The notes beneath the pieces are model-generated. The model saw only the letters and a program-made list of their open reading frames with translations, ran no database searches and was not told where the DNA came from. From Lachnospiraceae bacterium (GTDB lineage Bacteria; Bacillota; Clostridia; Lachnospirales; Lachnospiraceae), in NCBI GenBank assembly GCA_017470735.1, contig JAFUYB010000053.1:1-50464 (forward strand): 50,464 bases of DNA. The letters run 5' to 3'. Positions 1-9,281 of this stretch are shown here, in pieces (the first letter of the stretch is position 1; every line of letters begins with the position of its first letter). The translations under genes were made by a program, and so were the position numbers.

Positions 1-24
1 AAGATTAGCTACTTCCAGTAGCAC

Positions 25-140
25 TTTCAGTCGGCTTAAGCCGACCACAAGAGGTGGGCTTTAGCCCAAGGCAATGACTTTCAGTCGAAACGGACTTTAG
101 TCCGGTTAACCCACCGGCTTCAGACGGTGGTTGTTAAGTT
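25..140. repeat. Cluster of four short GC-rich perfect palindromes, all centred on CTT(T)A(A)G
   Basis: Read directly: GTCGGCTTAAGCCGAC, TGGGCTTTAGCCCA, CGGACTTTAGTCCG and CCACCGGCTTCAGACGGTGG lie within about 115 bp at the window edge. Confidence 0.5.
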
Positions 141-404
141 CAAACTATGAGCATTATGGATATGACAGCAAGGAAGAGGCTGCTGATAAAGTTAAAGAAA
201 TAATAGATGAAGTGGAGAAACTTCTTGGATTATGACAATTGATCATATTCTTACGATTGTTTCCTTTGGTATTGCGGTTTTTGGTACGGCATCTGGCTGG
301 ATATATACATCAATAACGGATCGAAGAAAAGAGCGAAAAGAAAAACAGTTAGAAGATCATAAACTCTCTGTACAATATATCACAAATAAGCGTGTGGACT
401 GGAT

Positions 405-985
405 ATGAAGAACTATTTGATAGGGCGTATAAAGAGGAATTATTATAAAAAGCTGAGAAGGCGATTTTCTTTTGGAGAATGGCACATTGAGCCATATGAG
501 CTGCGTCCGTATGCGCTTGACATAAAGAATTATATTAATAGTGTGGGAGCTAAGGAATACTGCGTTTGTGAAATTGGTTGTGGTCTTGGTGATATCATAC
601 GAAACATTCACGCCAGAAGAAGGATAGGGATTGATTTGTCCCCGGAGGCAATAAGCTGCGCTGAATATTTGAGCAGATTTTCAAATAGGGGGGTATTGAG
701 TATTACGTAGGTTCGTTTGGTGATGTGAGCGGATTTGTAGAAAATGATAAGATTGATTATTTGATTACCGTAAACTTTATTCATAATATCAAACCGGATG
801 ATTTGAGAACTCAGTATAATAATCTTAAAATCATAAGTGCTTATGGGAGGAGAAATGTAAAATATGCTGATAAGGTTTTGACGGATAACCCTTTTGTGTT
901 CATGAAATACTTCATAAATGCGGATTATGTGGTGACAGATACATTCCATCAAAGAATCTCGATGACCATGAAGCACGTGAGATGA
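405..985 (+). pseudogene. Small class I SAM-dependent methyltransferase split by a frameshift at a G6 homopolymer (688-693)
   Basis: ORF 405..710 carries motif I (VCEIGCGLGD) and post-I (GIDLSPEAI). ORF 725..985 carries the downstream region (DYLITVNFIHNI). Frame 0 stops at 708. Adding one G to the G6 run gives the reading FSNRGGIEYYVGSFGDVSGFVEN and one continuous 193-aa ORF. Confidence 0.55.
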
Positions 986-1455
986 TGAGTTTTGCAAGTC
1001 ATATCATGGGATACAATGTTAGAAATATTGGTAATTGTCTGCCACATCGCCTTCAGTATCCTGTCGGAGTTGCAACGGAGACAAGTCATGGAGCAGGGCT
1101 AATAGCTCTGTATCCAGCATGGATAAAACATGAGAGCAGGGTGAATGCGTCGCAATTAGCGCAGGATTTGAAAAACAATCCAACAAGCAAGAATGTGGCT
1201 AAGGTGACCAGCAAGCTGTTAAACACGAAGAATAATAACAATGAGCTCATTTCTGAATCCATAGTCATGGAAATTGTTGAAATGATTGAAGATGAAGTCG
1301 GCGATCTTCAGATGCTTAACGAGCAATTTGATAATAGAGAGCAGATAAAAGTTATGCAGCAGATGCATAAACTAATGGATCAGGCCAATAAGGCTAAAGC
1401 CCAGAGTATACAGACATCTACAAGAAGTTCCCAGACAACTGGAGGAAGAAAGTAG
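982..1455 (+). CDS. Hypothetical protein whose N-terminal ~50 aa look like a C-terminal fragment of an iron-containing alcohol dehydrogenase
   Basis: The ATG overlaps the upstream stop (ATGA). The segment LPHRLQYPVGVATETSHGAGLIALYPAWIKHE resembles the Fe-ADH His/PHG...LP.V region. The rest is Asn/Gln-rich and coiled-coil-like. Confidence 0.35.
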   Translation: MMSFASHIMGYNVRNIGNCLPHRLQYPVGVATETSHGAGLIALYPAWIKHESRVNASQLAQDLKNNPTSKNVAKVTSKLLNTKNNNNELISESIVMEIVEMIEDEVGDLQMLNEQFDNREQIKVMQQMHKLMDQANKAKAQSIQTSTRSSQTTGGRK

Positions 1456-2027
1456 TGAGCGCAAGCGCTGTGGCTGACCAGGTATGTAATTGTAGCCCTG
1501 TGTCCGTTGCCGATTGGATATCTATTGCTATAGCTGGTGTTGCGCTACTGTTCGCTGTGCTGAATTATCTGAAATACCGAGAACTTCAGAGAGAAGCCAA
1601 TGATCTTCAAGAAAAGAGTAATGACTTACAGAGACAAAGTAATGAGCTTCAAGATAAAGCGAATAAGATGTCTGATATACAGACGCTAACAGCACAGGGT
1701 GCTTTAGAATCTCAATTAAGGGCGGCTATATCTGACGCATATATGAGAATTGCAGAAATGGCAGTTACGTTAGCAAAGGATCCTGGAAATGAAGAACTAC
1801 AGAGGATATACAAGAGCACAGAAGAGTTATATCGGAATGCTTACGAGGATGCATGTGCCAAATATCTCGAAGGCAAAGTAGATACTGATAGCTTTAAGAC
1901 TATGTATTATTTGGAAATCAAGAGACTTGTTGATGAAAAACCTCATAGCGAAGTATATGCATCCAATCGTATGATTTATAAATGTACATTGAAAGTGCAT
2001 GAGAAGTGGTTCGGGAAGAAAAAATGA
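1455..2027 (+). CDS. Membrane-anchored coiled-coil protein (hypothetical)
   Basis: GTG start overlaps the previous stop. One N-terminal TM helix (WISIAIAGVALLFAVLNYL) is followed by heptad-like repeats (NDLQEKSNDLQRQSNELQDKANK). Confidence 0.4.
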   Translation: MSASAVADQVCNCSPVSVADWISIAIAGVALLFAVLNYLKYRELQREANDLQEKSNDLQRQSNELQDKANKMSDIQTLTAQGALESQLRAAISDAYMRIAEMAVTLAKDPGNEELQRIYKSTEELYRNAYEDACAKYLEGKVDTDSFKTMYYLEIKRLVDEKPHSEVYASNRMIYKCTLKVHEKWFGKKK

Positions 2028-2265
2028 TGAGAGTATGAAATAGGGATTGACGAAGAAACGCATATCTGCTATGAATGGAGACAAAAAGAATCTCGTATTA
2101 TTATCCATAGTCGTGTCTTGCGTCATGGATAAGGGGCGAAGGATATAGCTTCAGCTTTACCAGCGACTGAATTCACCGGGCTGGAAGTAGGATGGAAGCT
2201 CCGAAGGGCGAAGCTATGATTAAAATGATGATATTAGCACTTTATATGATAGAGGTAATAAAGCT

Positions 2266-2758
2266 ATGAGTAATAATCTGATAAAAAAGAATGGTTCTGT
2301 TCCAGGTTTTCCAGATAGAAAGCCAGATAAAACGGAGACTTATGCCGGTAAACATACTGCTCGTGTAACCAAGGTTTACAATAATGATGATGGATCTCAA
2401 TTTATATATGAACTGTTTTTGAGAACTTCAATTTATCTGAAAGATGAGAATCGAGAAAACGATAGAAGAAGAACAAGAGAATATAAATGCCATTCTCATA
2501 GCTGGTCTCAACGCCGGCCGTTTAACACAGGAAGAAGTAAACTATGCGAAGACTCTGACATCCTGGTCTTCTCTCCAGCCAATCCTAGACCGTGCGCAAG
2601 GTTTCGATTTTTCAGGTGATAAAGAGGGAAAGAGAGAGGCATCAGAAGAACTACGGCTAGCAAGAGAAATCACATCGCTGAATAAACAGGACTTCACAAA
2701 AGCAGAGTTAGAGAAGCTGAAGACCTTAGCTCCAGGTGAATATAAAATGTTGAAGTAG
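2266..2758 (+). pseudogene. Hypothetical gene, apparently frameshifted across two overlapping ORFs (2266..2619 and 2444..2758)
   Basis: There is an RBS (GAGGT) before 2266 but none before the 2444 ATG. The 2266 frame turns into Arg-rich nonsense after ~60 aa, exactly where the second frame begins to look protein-like. This is an inference only. Confidence 0.3.
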
Positions 2759-2830
2759 TTACCCCGTTTGCTTGAGGATTGGTACGAATTCCGTGACAAC
2801 TGTTACAGAAGCAGAGCGGAGGAGTGGTGT

Positions 2831-3250
2831 ATGGCGCATGATCTGGAGTGGGAGGAAGATGATAGTATGGATGAGATATCACACGAGAATGAGTCTCTGA
2901 TAAAGGAATTTGAGGCGTATCTTATTGCAGAAGGTTATGCGAAGAAGACCATTCGGCTTTACACCCATCATGCCAAAGCTTATATTGACTATATTATTGA
3001 TGGGACAGATGGGTTGATGGATGATGACCATGAGGATACTCCGGTTCGTGCTGTTGACGGCGTAAGGCATATTTCGTGGTATCTGCAGAGGCTGTGGAAT
3101 AAATTTGGGTTATCAAAGGGAGCTGTTGAGGAAGAGGCAAGAGGAATCAAGAGATTCTATTCGTGGATGAAAGAGCATGGCAGGATTGATGAGGTGGCGT
3201 TTGCAACGGTGGGGGAGCAGATTGAGGATGCCTTGCTATCTATGGAGTAA
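2831..3250 (+). CDS. Stand-alone phage-integrase N-terminal SAM-like (core-binding) domain protein with no catalytic domain
   Basis: GGAGG lies 9 nt before the 2831 ATG. The segment EFEAYLIAEGYAKKTIRLYTHHAKAYIDYI is typical of the tyrosine-recombinase N-terminal domain. No recombinase catalytic domain follows. Confidence 0.45.
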   Translation: MAHDLEWEEDDSMDEISHENESLIKEFEAYLIAEGYAKKTIRLYTHHAKAYIDYIIDGTDGLMDDDHEDTPVRAVDGVRHISWYLQRLWNKFGLSKGAVEEEARGIKRFYSWMKEHGRIDEVAFATVGEQIEDALLSME

Positions 3251-3374
3251 GTGTTGAAAAGATAAGAAATTTTGCAAATGTAGGAAGGAGAGCTGATAAA
3301 ATCGGCTCTCCTTCGTGCGTTACTGGATTCGTTGTTTGTTGAAATTTCGGCGTTTTTGTGATAGTATGCCTGAA

Positions 3375-3722
3375 TTATACCGTCTGCATATCTCCCGGAA
3401 TGATGCAGTCTAAAAATTCAATCCTTCCGTCTTTGTACCAGACATTGCAGGTCGCCTTGTATGGCCATTTTGAATCTCCGTCAAGGATGAGTTCGTGTGA
3501 GCCAAAGCTTGGCTCCGAATGGTTGTCGATCCCCACGAAACAGAAGGCATACTGATCGGCATCGCCGTAGCTGGTACAGGAATACTCCCGGTTCTTTTTT
3601 ACAAAGTCCCTTCCGAGCTTGTCAACGCATGCGTTTATTCCGATTTTCTTTGCTTCTTCAAATGTCAGCAATTCAATCACCTCCCCATATGTATTCAAAT
3701 TGGTTTGGTCCGAACACGGCAA
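3375..3722 (-). CDS. Hypothetical protein (115 aa), downstream of and overlapping the JAB gene
   Basis: ORF only; Cys-containing, no recognisable motif. The true start is probably internal (GTG near 3683). Confidence 0.3.
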   Translation of the reverse strand: MPCSDQTNLNTYGEVIELLTFEEAKKIGINACVDKLGRDFVKKNREYSCTSYGDADQYAFCFVGIDNHSEPSFGSHELILDGDSKWPYKATCNVWYKDGRIEFLDCIIPGDMQTV

Positions 3723-4149
3723 CCCGTCCGGTTCGTGCGGAAATAATCCGGCTCTGGCTCTGTCCGATCTCTTTTAAGACTTTCCGGTCATCGGAAGACG
3801 GCTCCGGAATGTCCTCTCCAGGATGGGCGTGTCCGATGATTTCCAGTTTATGGTCGTTGAGAAGATCCACAAGGATGTCTTTAAAGCGGCATCGTCCATG
3901 CTCACCATGAAACAAGATGTCCTCACGCTTCCCGCGCAACAATGCAAATTCGTCGCCGCTTTTTGCGGACAGATAAGCAAGATCTTTCAGTTCGATGGAA
4001 TCAAGGTCAAATCTTGCCCAATCGCCTTGTTCCGGTACCCTTTCAAGTATCCGCTGCCTGTGGGGATTCAGTCCGGCTTTCCCGCTTCTTACTGCCTCCA
4101 AAGAAGTCTGTGTGGATCTTGTGGAGGAGAGGATCAGCTCATTTTCCAT
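3673..4149 (-). CDS. RadC-like JAB/MPN domain protein
   Basis: GDEFALL...IIGHAHPGEDIPEPSSDD matches E...HxHPx(6-8)PSxxD. Confidence 0.5.
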   Translation of the reverse strand: MENELILSSTRSTQTSLEAVRSGKAGLNPHRQRILERVPEQGDWARFDLDSIELKDLAYLSAKSGDEFALLRGKREDILFHGEHGRCRFKDILVDLLNDHKLEIIGHAHPGEDIPEPSSDDRKVLKEIGQSQSRIISARTGRVAVFGPNQFEYIWGGD

Positions 4150-4335
4150 GGTTCCTCCACCTTCTTCGGTATGTCTGTCGTCAGTATAAACGCTAAAATC
4201 AAGTCCGTCAATAGCAGAGGAGTCAATTCATCAAGGATTTGTTGGCGGTGGCGTTCATTTATTGAAGAATAGTAATAGGCAAAGGACACAGAGCACCAGA
4301 GGACTCTTGTTTGATGGCAATGTGCCTTCTTTGGA

Positions 4336-4971
4336 TTGCTTCTGGAGCCAGTTCCTTGCTTCCTTATAGCTGTCTATGCGGGTTTTGTATTTCTTTCTGT
4401 ACGCTTTTTTGTTTGCGGAATCCAGAAATGCCGCATAGGTTTTTCTGTTTGCGAGGTATGCGCCGGTACAGTGAATCTGGGCATTGAGGTTTGTAATATC
4501 GGTATTGATGACTATGGCGGATATTGCCTGCCGAAGGATTCCAAACAGCTTCTGGCGAATTATGAGAATGTACCGGAGGAGCTGATCCGGGCAATTGTGG
4601 AATCCAACAGGACAAGAAAGGATTATATTGCTGGGTTATATGGAAACAGCGAGGAGTACAGTGATGACCGTGAGGAGCAAACGAGCGCCGTGACGGTCGG
4701 GGCATACAGACTGACGATGAAATTTAATTCCGACAATTTCAGGCAGAGCAGTATACAAGGCATGGTGAAGAGAATTAAGGCGAAGGGTGCAAAGGTGATC
4801 GTATATGAGCCGACGATTGAAGATGGAAGCACATTTTTTGGAAGTGAGATTGTGAATGACATTGAGGATTTCAAGAAGAGGGCAGACAGCATTATTGCTA
4901 ATCGGTATGATAAGGTTCTCGATGATGTAAAGGACAAGGTCTATACGAGGGATGTATTTAGACGGGATTAG
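4336..4971 (+). pseudogene. ugd: Fragment of UDP-glucose/GDP-mannose 6-dehydrogenase (C-terminal domain only, with an internal deletion)
   Basis: The hallmark [15 protein letters not shown]...NRTRKDYIA is present. The N-terminal Rossmann domain is absent, and the segment expected before YGG (RIG..LNPGFG) is deleted. The first ~40 codons of the ORF look non-coding. Confidence 0.6.
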
Positions 4972-5443
4972 TATCATAGCTGTTGCTGCTGGAGGAACAT
5001 CAAAAAGCAGTGAGGGATTTGTGGTCGGACTGAAAAAGGATGGAAGCGTCGTTACAGCAGGAAAGACACAGTATGGCATTAATGAGGCTGAAGGATGGTC
5101 TGATATGAAGAAGATCTCTGCGGGGGATTATCATTTGGTGGGACTGACAGCAACTGGTGAACTGGTGGCGGTAATGAATGATGATCCAAACGAGAAGAGG
5201 GCATACCGGGATGCCTGCTGTAAATTTGAGACATGGCCAGCAGAGGAGAATATTGTAGACATATCAGCGGGGAATGGTACCATGCTGGGACTGTCATCGG
5301 ATGGAACGGTATATAGCTGCGGATACGGAGGTGGCAGGCAAGGAAAAGCCCGCTGCCGTGGATTGACAGCGGACTTTGGGAGGCGGGACAGGAAAGCAAA
5401 TCAAAGGCGTGAAGAAGAAACATTGGGATTCCTTATTTGTTGA
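4952..5443 (+). pseudogene. Fragment of an RCC1-like beta-propeller repeat protein
   Basis: Repeats ISAGDYHLVGLTATGELVAV and DISAGNGTMLGLSSDGTVYSCGYG. The ORF starts inside a repeat and ends in an Arg-rich, off-frame-like tail. Confidence 0.4.
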
Positions 5444-5620
5444 TATTACAGCGTTTTCGTGGTAGTATAATGGCGGATGCAGATTGGCGGGGGGCGATAG
5501 GTCGATGGACAATGAGATGGAATCGAACAAGCGGGATCATAAGGTAGAGATTACGGATATTGCGATCTCCAAAGTCCCATATGTTAGATACGGGAGATTC
5601 CGGAAGAATATTATGAGACA

Positions 5621-6112
5621 TTGCATCAAATCGCAATAGCGGTATTGGAATATTCAAAATCCCGGAATGACAGCAATGAAACGGCAATCACTTATAGTTT
5701 GGATGAAGATATTCCAGAGGGAGAAATGAGCCTGGCTGTAGCATACGGGGACGAGCATAGTGTGGACCCGCTGAATAATGCGGATGCATACCATATGCTT
5801 ACGACAGCGGAAAGCTGTGTGATTGTTATTGTACATAACCATCCATCCACATCAAAGGTTTCATTAAGTGATGTGGGATTCCTTTTTGGATACAAAGCGG
5901 TGAAAATGGTTGTGGTTGTTACCAATCTTGGCAGCATAAACTATATTGTTAAAACGGATCACTACGACAGGGAACAGGGTGTGAAGTTATTTCGTGAAGC
6001 AGTACACAAAATTGATAATATGCAAAACTTGAAGCAAAAGCAGGATGCAACGGATTATTTTTTGAAAAATTGCTACAAAGCGGGATTGATCTTTGAGGAT
6101 GGCAGGAGGTGA
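5621..6112 (+). CDS. RadC-like JAB/MPN domain protein (second paralog)
   Basis: VIVIVHNHPSTSKVSLSD is a RadC-type HNHPS...S..D motif. The start codon is TTG. Confidence 0.5.
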   Translation: MHQIAIAVLEYSKSRNDSNETAITYSLDEDIPEGEMSLAVAYGDEHSVDPLNNADAYHMLTTAESCVIVIVHNHPSTSKVSLSDVGFLFGYKAVKMVVVVTNLGSINYIVKTDHYDREQGVKLFREAVHKIDNMQNLKQKQDATDYFLKNCYKAGLIFEDGRR

Positions 6113-6116
6113 TCAT

Positions 6117-6320
6117 ATGGCGAAATTCAGACCAACGGTATTAAGTGAGGATCCGAAAGCGCTTGATGGCGCATTAGAGTGGGCTGATGAAGAAATTAAA
6201 AGGATTGAGAGGGCGAAGGAAGACTCCAAGCGGATAGCGGAAAGGATAGAACCCTACCGCCAAGAAGCAATCCGAAAAATTAAGGCGAGGAAAGAGGTAA
6301 CAGCAACAGTTACAGCATAA
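6117..6320 (+). CDS. Small hypothetical protein (67 aa)
   Basis: GGAGGTG lies 6 nt before the ATG at 6117. The protein is charged and helical. Confidence 0.35.
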   Translation: MAKFRPTVLSEDPKALDGALEWADEEIKRIERAKEDSKRIAERIEPYRQEAIRKIKARKEVTATVTA

Positions 6321-6418
6321 TATTCCATGAAAAATAGATGACCTGCTGTCGGCTATTGACGATGAATATCCGTTTTACGCAGTAAAAACACCCGTCAATA
6401 ATTATATCAAATTATAGA

Positions 6419-6736
6419 TTAATGATATATTGTAAAATGTCCCGTCAACCATGATATAATAATTGTCGCAACGGCACCTACAACTGCCGTTGCCAGCCAC
6501 ATAGCTCCTTTTAAAAATCGCATTTTACTTGATAGCTCCGCTTTAGCAACCTCCAATTTATTTTCCAGATCCTCGCCCATTCCCTTTCTGAGTTGTATTT
6601 CCTCTTGCAAGCCGCCCCTAAGCTCCGATACATCTAGGCTCAATCGCTTAACGGATTCCGTTAATTCGTAAATGCTCAATAGTGGGTACCTACCTATAAA
6701 AATAAAGATATGGGATAATGGGTTCACCAAATTCAA
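6419..6736 (-). CDS. Small protein with a coiled-coil N-terminal part and a C-terminal TM helix (possibly an XhlA-like phage membrane protein)
   Basis: LEVAKAELSSKMRFLKGAMWLATAVVGAVATIIISWL. There is no RBS before the first ATG. Confidence 0.3.
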   Translation of the reverse strand: MNLVNPLSHIFIFIGRYPLLSIYELTESVKRLSLDVSELRGGLQEEIQLRKGMGEDLENKLEVAKAELSSKMRFLKGAMWLATAVVGAVATIIISWLTGHFTIYH

Positions 6737-6751
6737 GGAGGTGGATCCATC

Positions 6752-7318
6752 ATGGAAAAGAAGAAGCGGGAGGAAGTCATTGAAGAGTGGAAAGGGCTGA
6801 TAAGGGACTGTGAAAACAGGCCTGATGACGTGAGGTTCGATGACTGGTGCAGGAACGCCGGAGTCAGTAAGTCGAATTATTACTATTGGAAGCGCCGGAT
6901 CCGGGAAGCGGACGGGGAAAAGCAGCTTCCGGCTGTCGTAAAGACAGGCCCGGAGACTTTAAGCAGTAAGAAAGACAGGTTTGTGGACGTTGAAGCGGGC
7001 GGCGTGAGGATACATGTGACGGAAAGCACGCCGATGGGGCTTTTAACAAAAGTCCCCGGGCGGTCACCGATGCTTAAGGATGCCACATGCTTTAAAAACG
7101 TATACATCGTGTGCGGCTTTACGGACTTAAGAAAAGGCATAGATTCCCTGGCAGAGGTCATCGCGGACAGGACGGACATCAGCCCGTCCGTGCCGGACAC
7201 GCTGTTTCTCTTTTGCGGAAGGCGGCACGACAAGCTGAAAGGACTGGTGTGGGAAAAGGACGGATACCTTCTTCTGTATAAAAGACTGTCAGACGGATAT
7301 TTCCAATCTGGGAGGTGA
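6752..7318 (+). mobile_element. tnpB: IS66-family remnant: tnpA-like (Orf1 HTH) and tnpB-like (Orf2) fused in one 188-aa frame, C-terminally truncated, with no tnpC transposase
   Basis: AAGGAGGTGG RBS. WCRNAGVSKSNYYYWKRRIRE is the IS66 Orf1 HTH. VYIVCGFTDLRKGIDSLAEVI...TLFLFCGRRHDKLKGLVWEKDGYLLLYKRLSDGYFQ is the IS66 Orf2 signature. No large DDE transposase ORF follows. Confidence 0.65.
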
Positions 7319-7569
7319 CGGCCAGACCCAATGCTACACTCATTCTACAGCTTAAGCAATAAGATGGATAACATCCTAGCTGGATATTAGGAATATTAAC
7401 CATAAATATATAGTAGTAGATTGATCGCAGTGCCGCCTTTTAGCATAAGTTTTTGTGATAGCAGGTTATGCTGATTAAAGAATGTGAGGATTTCCTTAAG
7501 TCGGAGAACTTTTTCAAAAGTATCTCTTGAAAAACCTGTTTCCCGTGCAACCTTGTTTAATGTTTTTTA

Positions 7570-8340
7570 TCATAATGTGGCATTTAGTTCTATACATCCA
7601 TTTTTCTGCAAGAAAACATTTGCGTTAAAGACGACATTCCATTGCTTGTCATATGATCCTGATACACTGTCTTTTGTAAAATAGCGCTTGCTGAACTTAA
7701 TGTGACTTTTGCATTCCTTAAAGAAAGTTTCAGAAAGTCCAAGAGTATCCCGATAATAACTAAGAATAAAACCGGTCTTCTGATATAGGAACTGGTTATC
7801 ATAAAGCGAAAGGTACTTTAGAAGCTTTTCCTCATTCAAAAATGACATAGAGGCAATATTGTCAATCACTTCTTCCGCACCGGAAATGCGTTCCATATTT
7901 TTTATTGAGTCAACAACAGTGCGTTCACGGTCGGAAATTCGGATACCGCCACTGAAAACAGGCGACTCGACACCAACATCAATCTTTGAGTGGATAAAGC
8001 GATAGGTATAGCCATCAAAGGAAAATTCTTTAAATTTACATTTTGATCCAACATACACATCATAAAATACCTGATCGGAAGTACCGTAGTATTCCATTGC
8101 TGTATGATTTGAAACGAAAGAATCTGCATTGATCGTACTGGCAATCTGGAATCGGTTAGCGACAGGGCTTCCGGTTTCACCGCTTATACATGTATAAAGA
8201 TTGTTCCTTATTTTGACAATCATTTTATCCGCCAATAGCCGCTCCAGAGCGGAGTATGCACTGGATCGGTTATGGTAGTATTCATTAACATCCTGAACAG
8301 TAAATGTTGGTTTGTTCAGTAATTCATAGTATAAGTTCAT
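7570..8340 (-). CDS. AbiEi-like protein (abortive-infection / type IV TA antitoxin family) with no cognate AbiEii partner
   Basis: N-terminal wHTH-like segment (FTVQDVNEYYHNRSSAYSALERLLADKMIVKIRNNLYTCI) plus a ~200-aa C-terminal domain of the right size. The family call is from memory and not verified. The downstream position is occupied by the IS66 remnant. Confidence 0.4.
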   Translation of the reverse strand: MNLYYELLNKPTFTVQDVNEYYHNRSSAYSALERLLADKMIVKIRNNLYTCISGETGSPVANRFQIASTINADSFVSNHTAMEYYGTSDQVFYDVYVGSKCKFKEFSFDGYTYRFIHSKIDVGVESPVFSGGIRISDRERTVVDSIKNMERISGAEEVIDNIASMSFLNEEKLLKYLSLYDNQFLYQKTGFILSYYRDTLGLSETFFKECKSHIKFSKRYFTKDSVSGSYDKQWNVVFNANVFLQKNGCIELNATL

Positions 8341-8549
8341 GATATCACCCCTGTGGTTTAAAATTGGAGATATTTTAGCCTATCAAAGAAAGAAAATATC
8401 CACAAATAAACTATATATCTTATGATTAGGGTTGTCAAGTTTAAAATGGGATAGTTATTCTTTAATATGGGGGAATAAATGGAAAATAATAAACTGTGGC
8501 AGTGCAAGGGAAGTCATCATCTCGATTTAGACAAAACCCGTAAAACCAA

Positions 8550-9281
8550 TCATTTTACGGATTTTATGCAAACATAGACTATCTCCGGGCAGTTGTTGAT
8601 CCGTGGAATCCAAGTCGTGTTGGAAAGCCCACGGCTGATGACCATACTTCCGTAGCTGCCTGTATGGATGCCAGCAGTGTATTTTGGAAAGAATCCCTGC
8701 CCGGGGGCGTATAGACCCTGCCCGCCGACACGGATCTGTCCGCCATGTGCATGACCGGAAAAGACAAGATCAATACTGCGATAGGCAAGTTTTGGATCCT
8801 GAAGCATAAAATATTCCGGTCTGTGGGAGAGCAGTATCTTGTATCCGTCGGACTTCTGAAATTTCGACAGCCAGATATACTCCGAAGTCTGATAGGAGTA
8901 CGCCGCTGCCGATAACCCGCCAAGATAAATACTGTCTGTCAGTTCTATATATCTATTATCAAGTATCATAATATCCGTCTTTTCGATATCTTTTAGCTGC
9001 ACTGCGGGAGCGGCACACTCATGGTTTCCATAGGAAAGATAGGTCGGGGCAATCGCCGCACATTCATTCAGAAAATCCAAAGTGTTACCATATGAGACAT
9101 GGCGGTAGTGCCTGTGCCGGACATAGCCGTTGACCAGATCCCCGGCAATACAGAGGCTGATCCCAAGTGCATTTGCAATCACTTCTAGCCGGTCTATTTT
9201 TGGGATTCTGGCACCGATTTCATATTTTTTTATCATGGAGAGGTTAATATCGGATTCCCGGCTTAAATCCTCTTGGGACAT
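8550..9281 (-). CDS. Chimeric XRE-type HTH fused to a truncated metallophosphoesterase
   Basis: The HTH (MSQEDLSRESD...RLEVIANALGISL) continues upstream in frame to 9347 as ...NIAGRIKLFRRLRG, but no ATG/GTG/TTG is available there. The C-terminal part carries GNHE and SGHAHGGQIR motifs, while the N-terminal DxH/GDxxD metal motifs are missing. Confidence 0.5.
   Translation of the reverse strand: MSQEDLSRESDINLSMIKKYEIGARIPKIDRLEVIANALGISLCIAGDLVNGYVRHRHYRHVSYGNTLDFLNECAAIAPTYLSYGNHECAAPAVQLKDIEKTDIMILDNRYIELTDSIYLGGLSAAAYSYQTSEYIWLSKFQKSDGYKILLSHRPEYFMLQDPKLAYRSIDLVFSGHAHGGQIRVGGQGLYAPGQGFFPKYTAGIHTGSYGSMVISRGLSNTTWIPRINNCPEIVYVCIKSVK

Noticed and set aside
3823-4272. 149-aa plus-strand ORF
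   Set aside because: Fully antisense to the RadC-like JAB gene. Cys/Phe-rich and unprotein-like.
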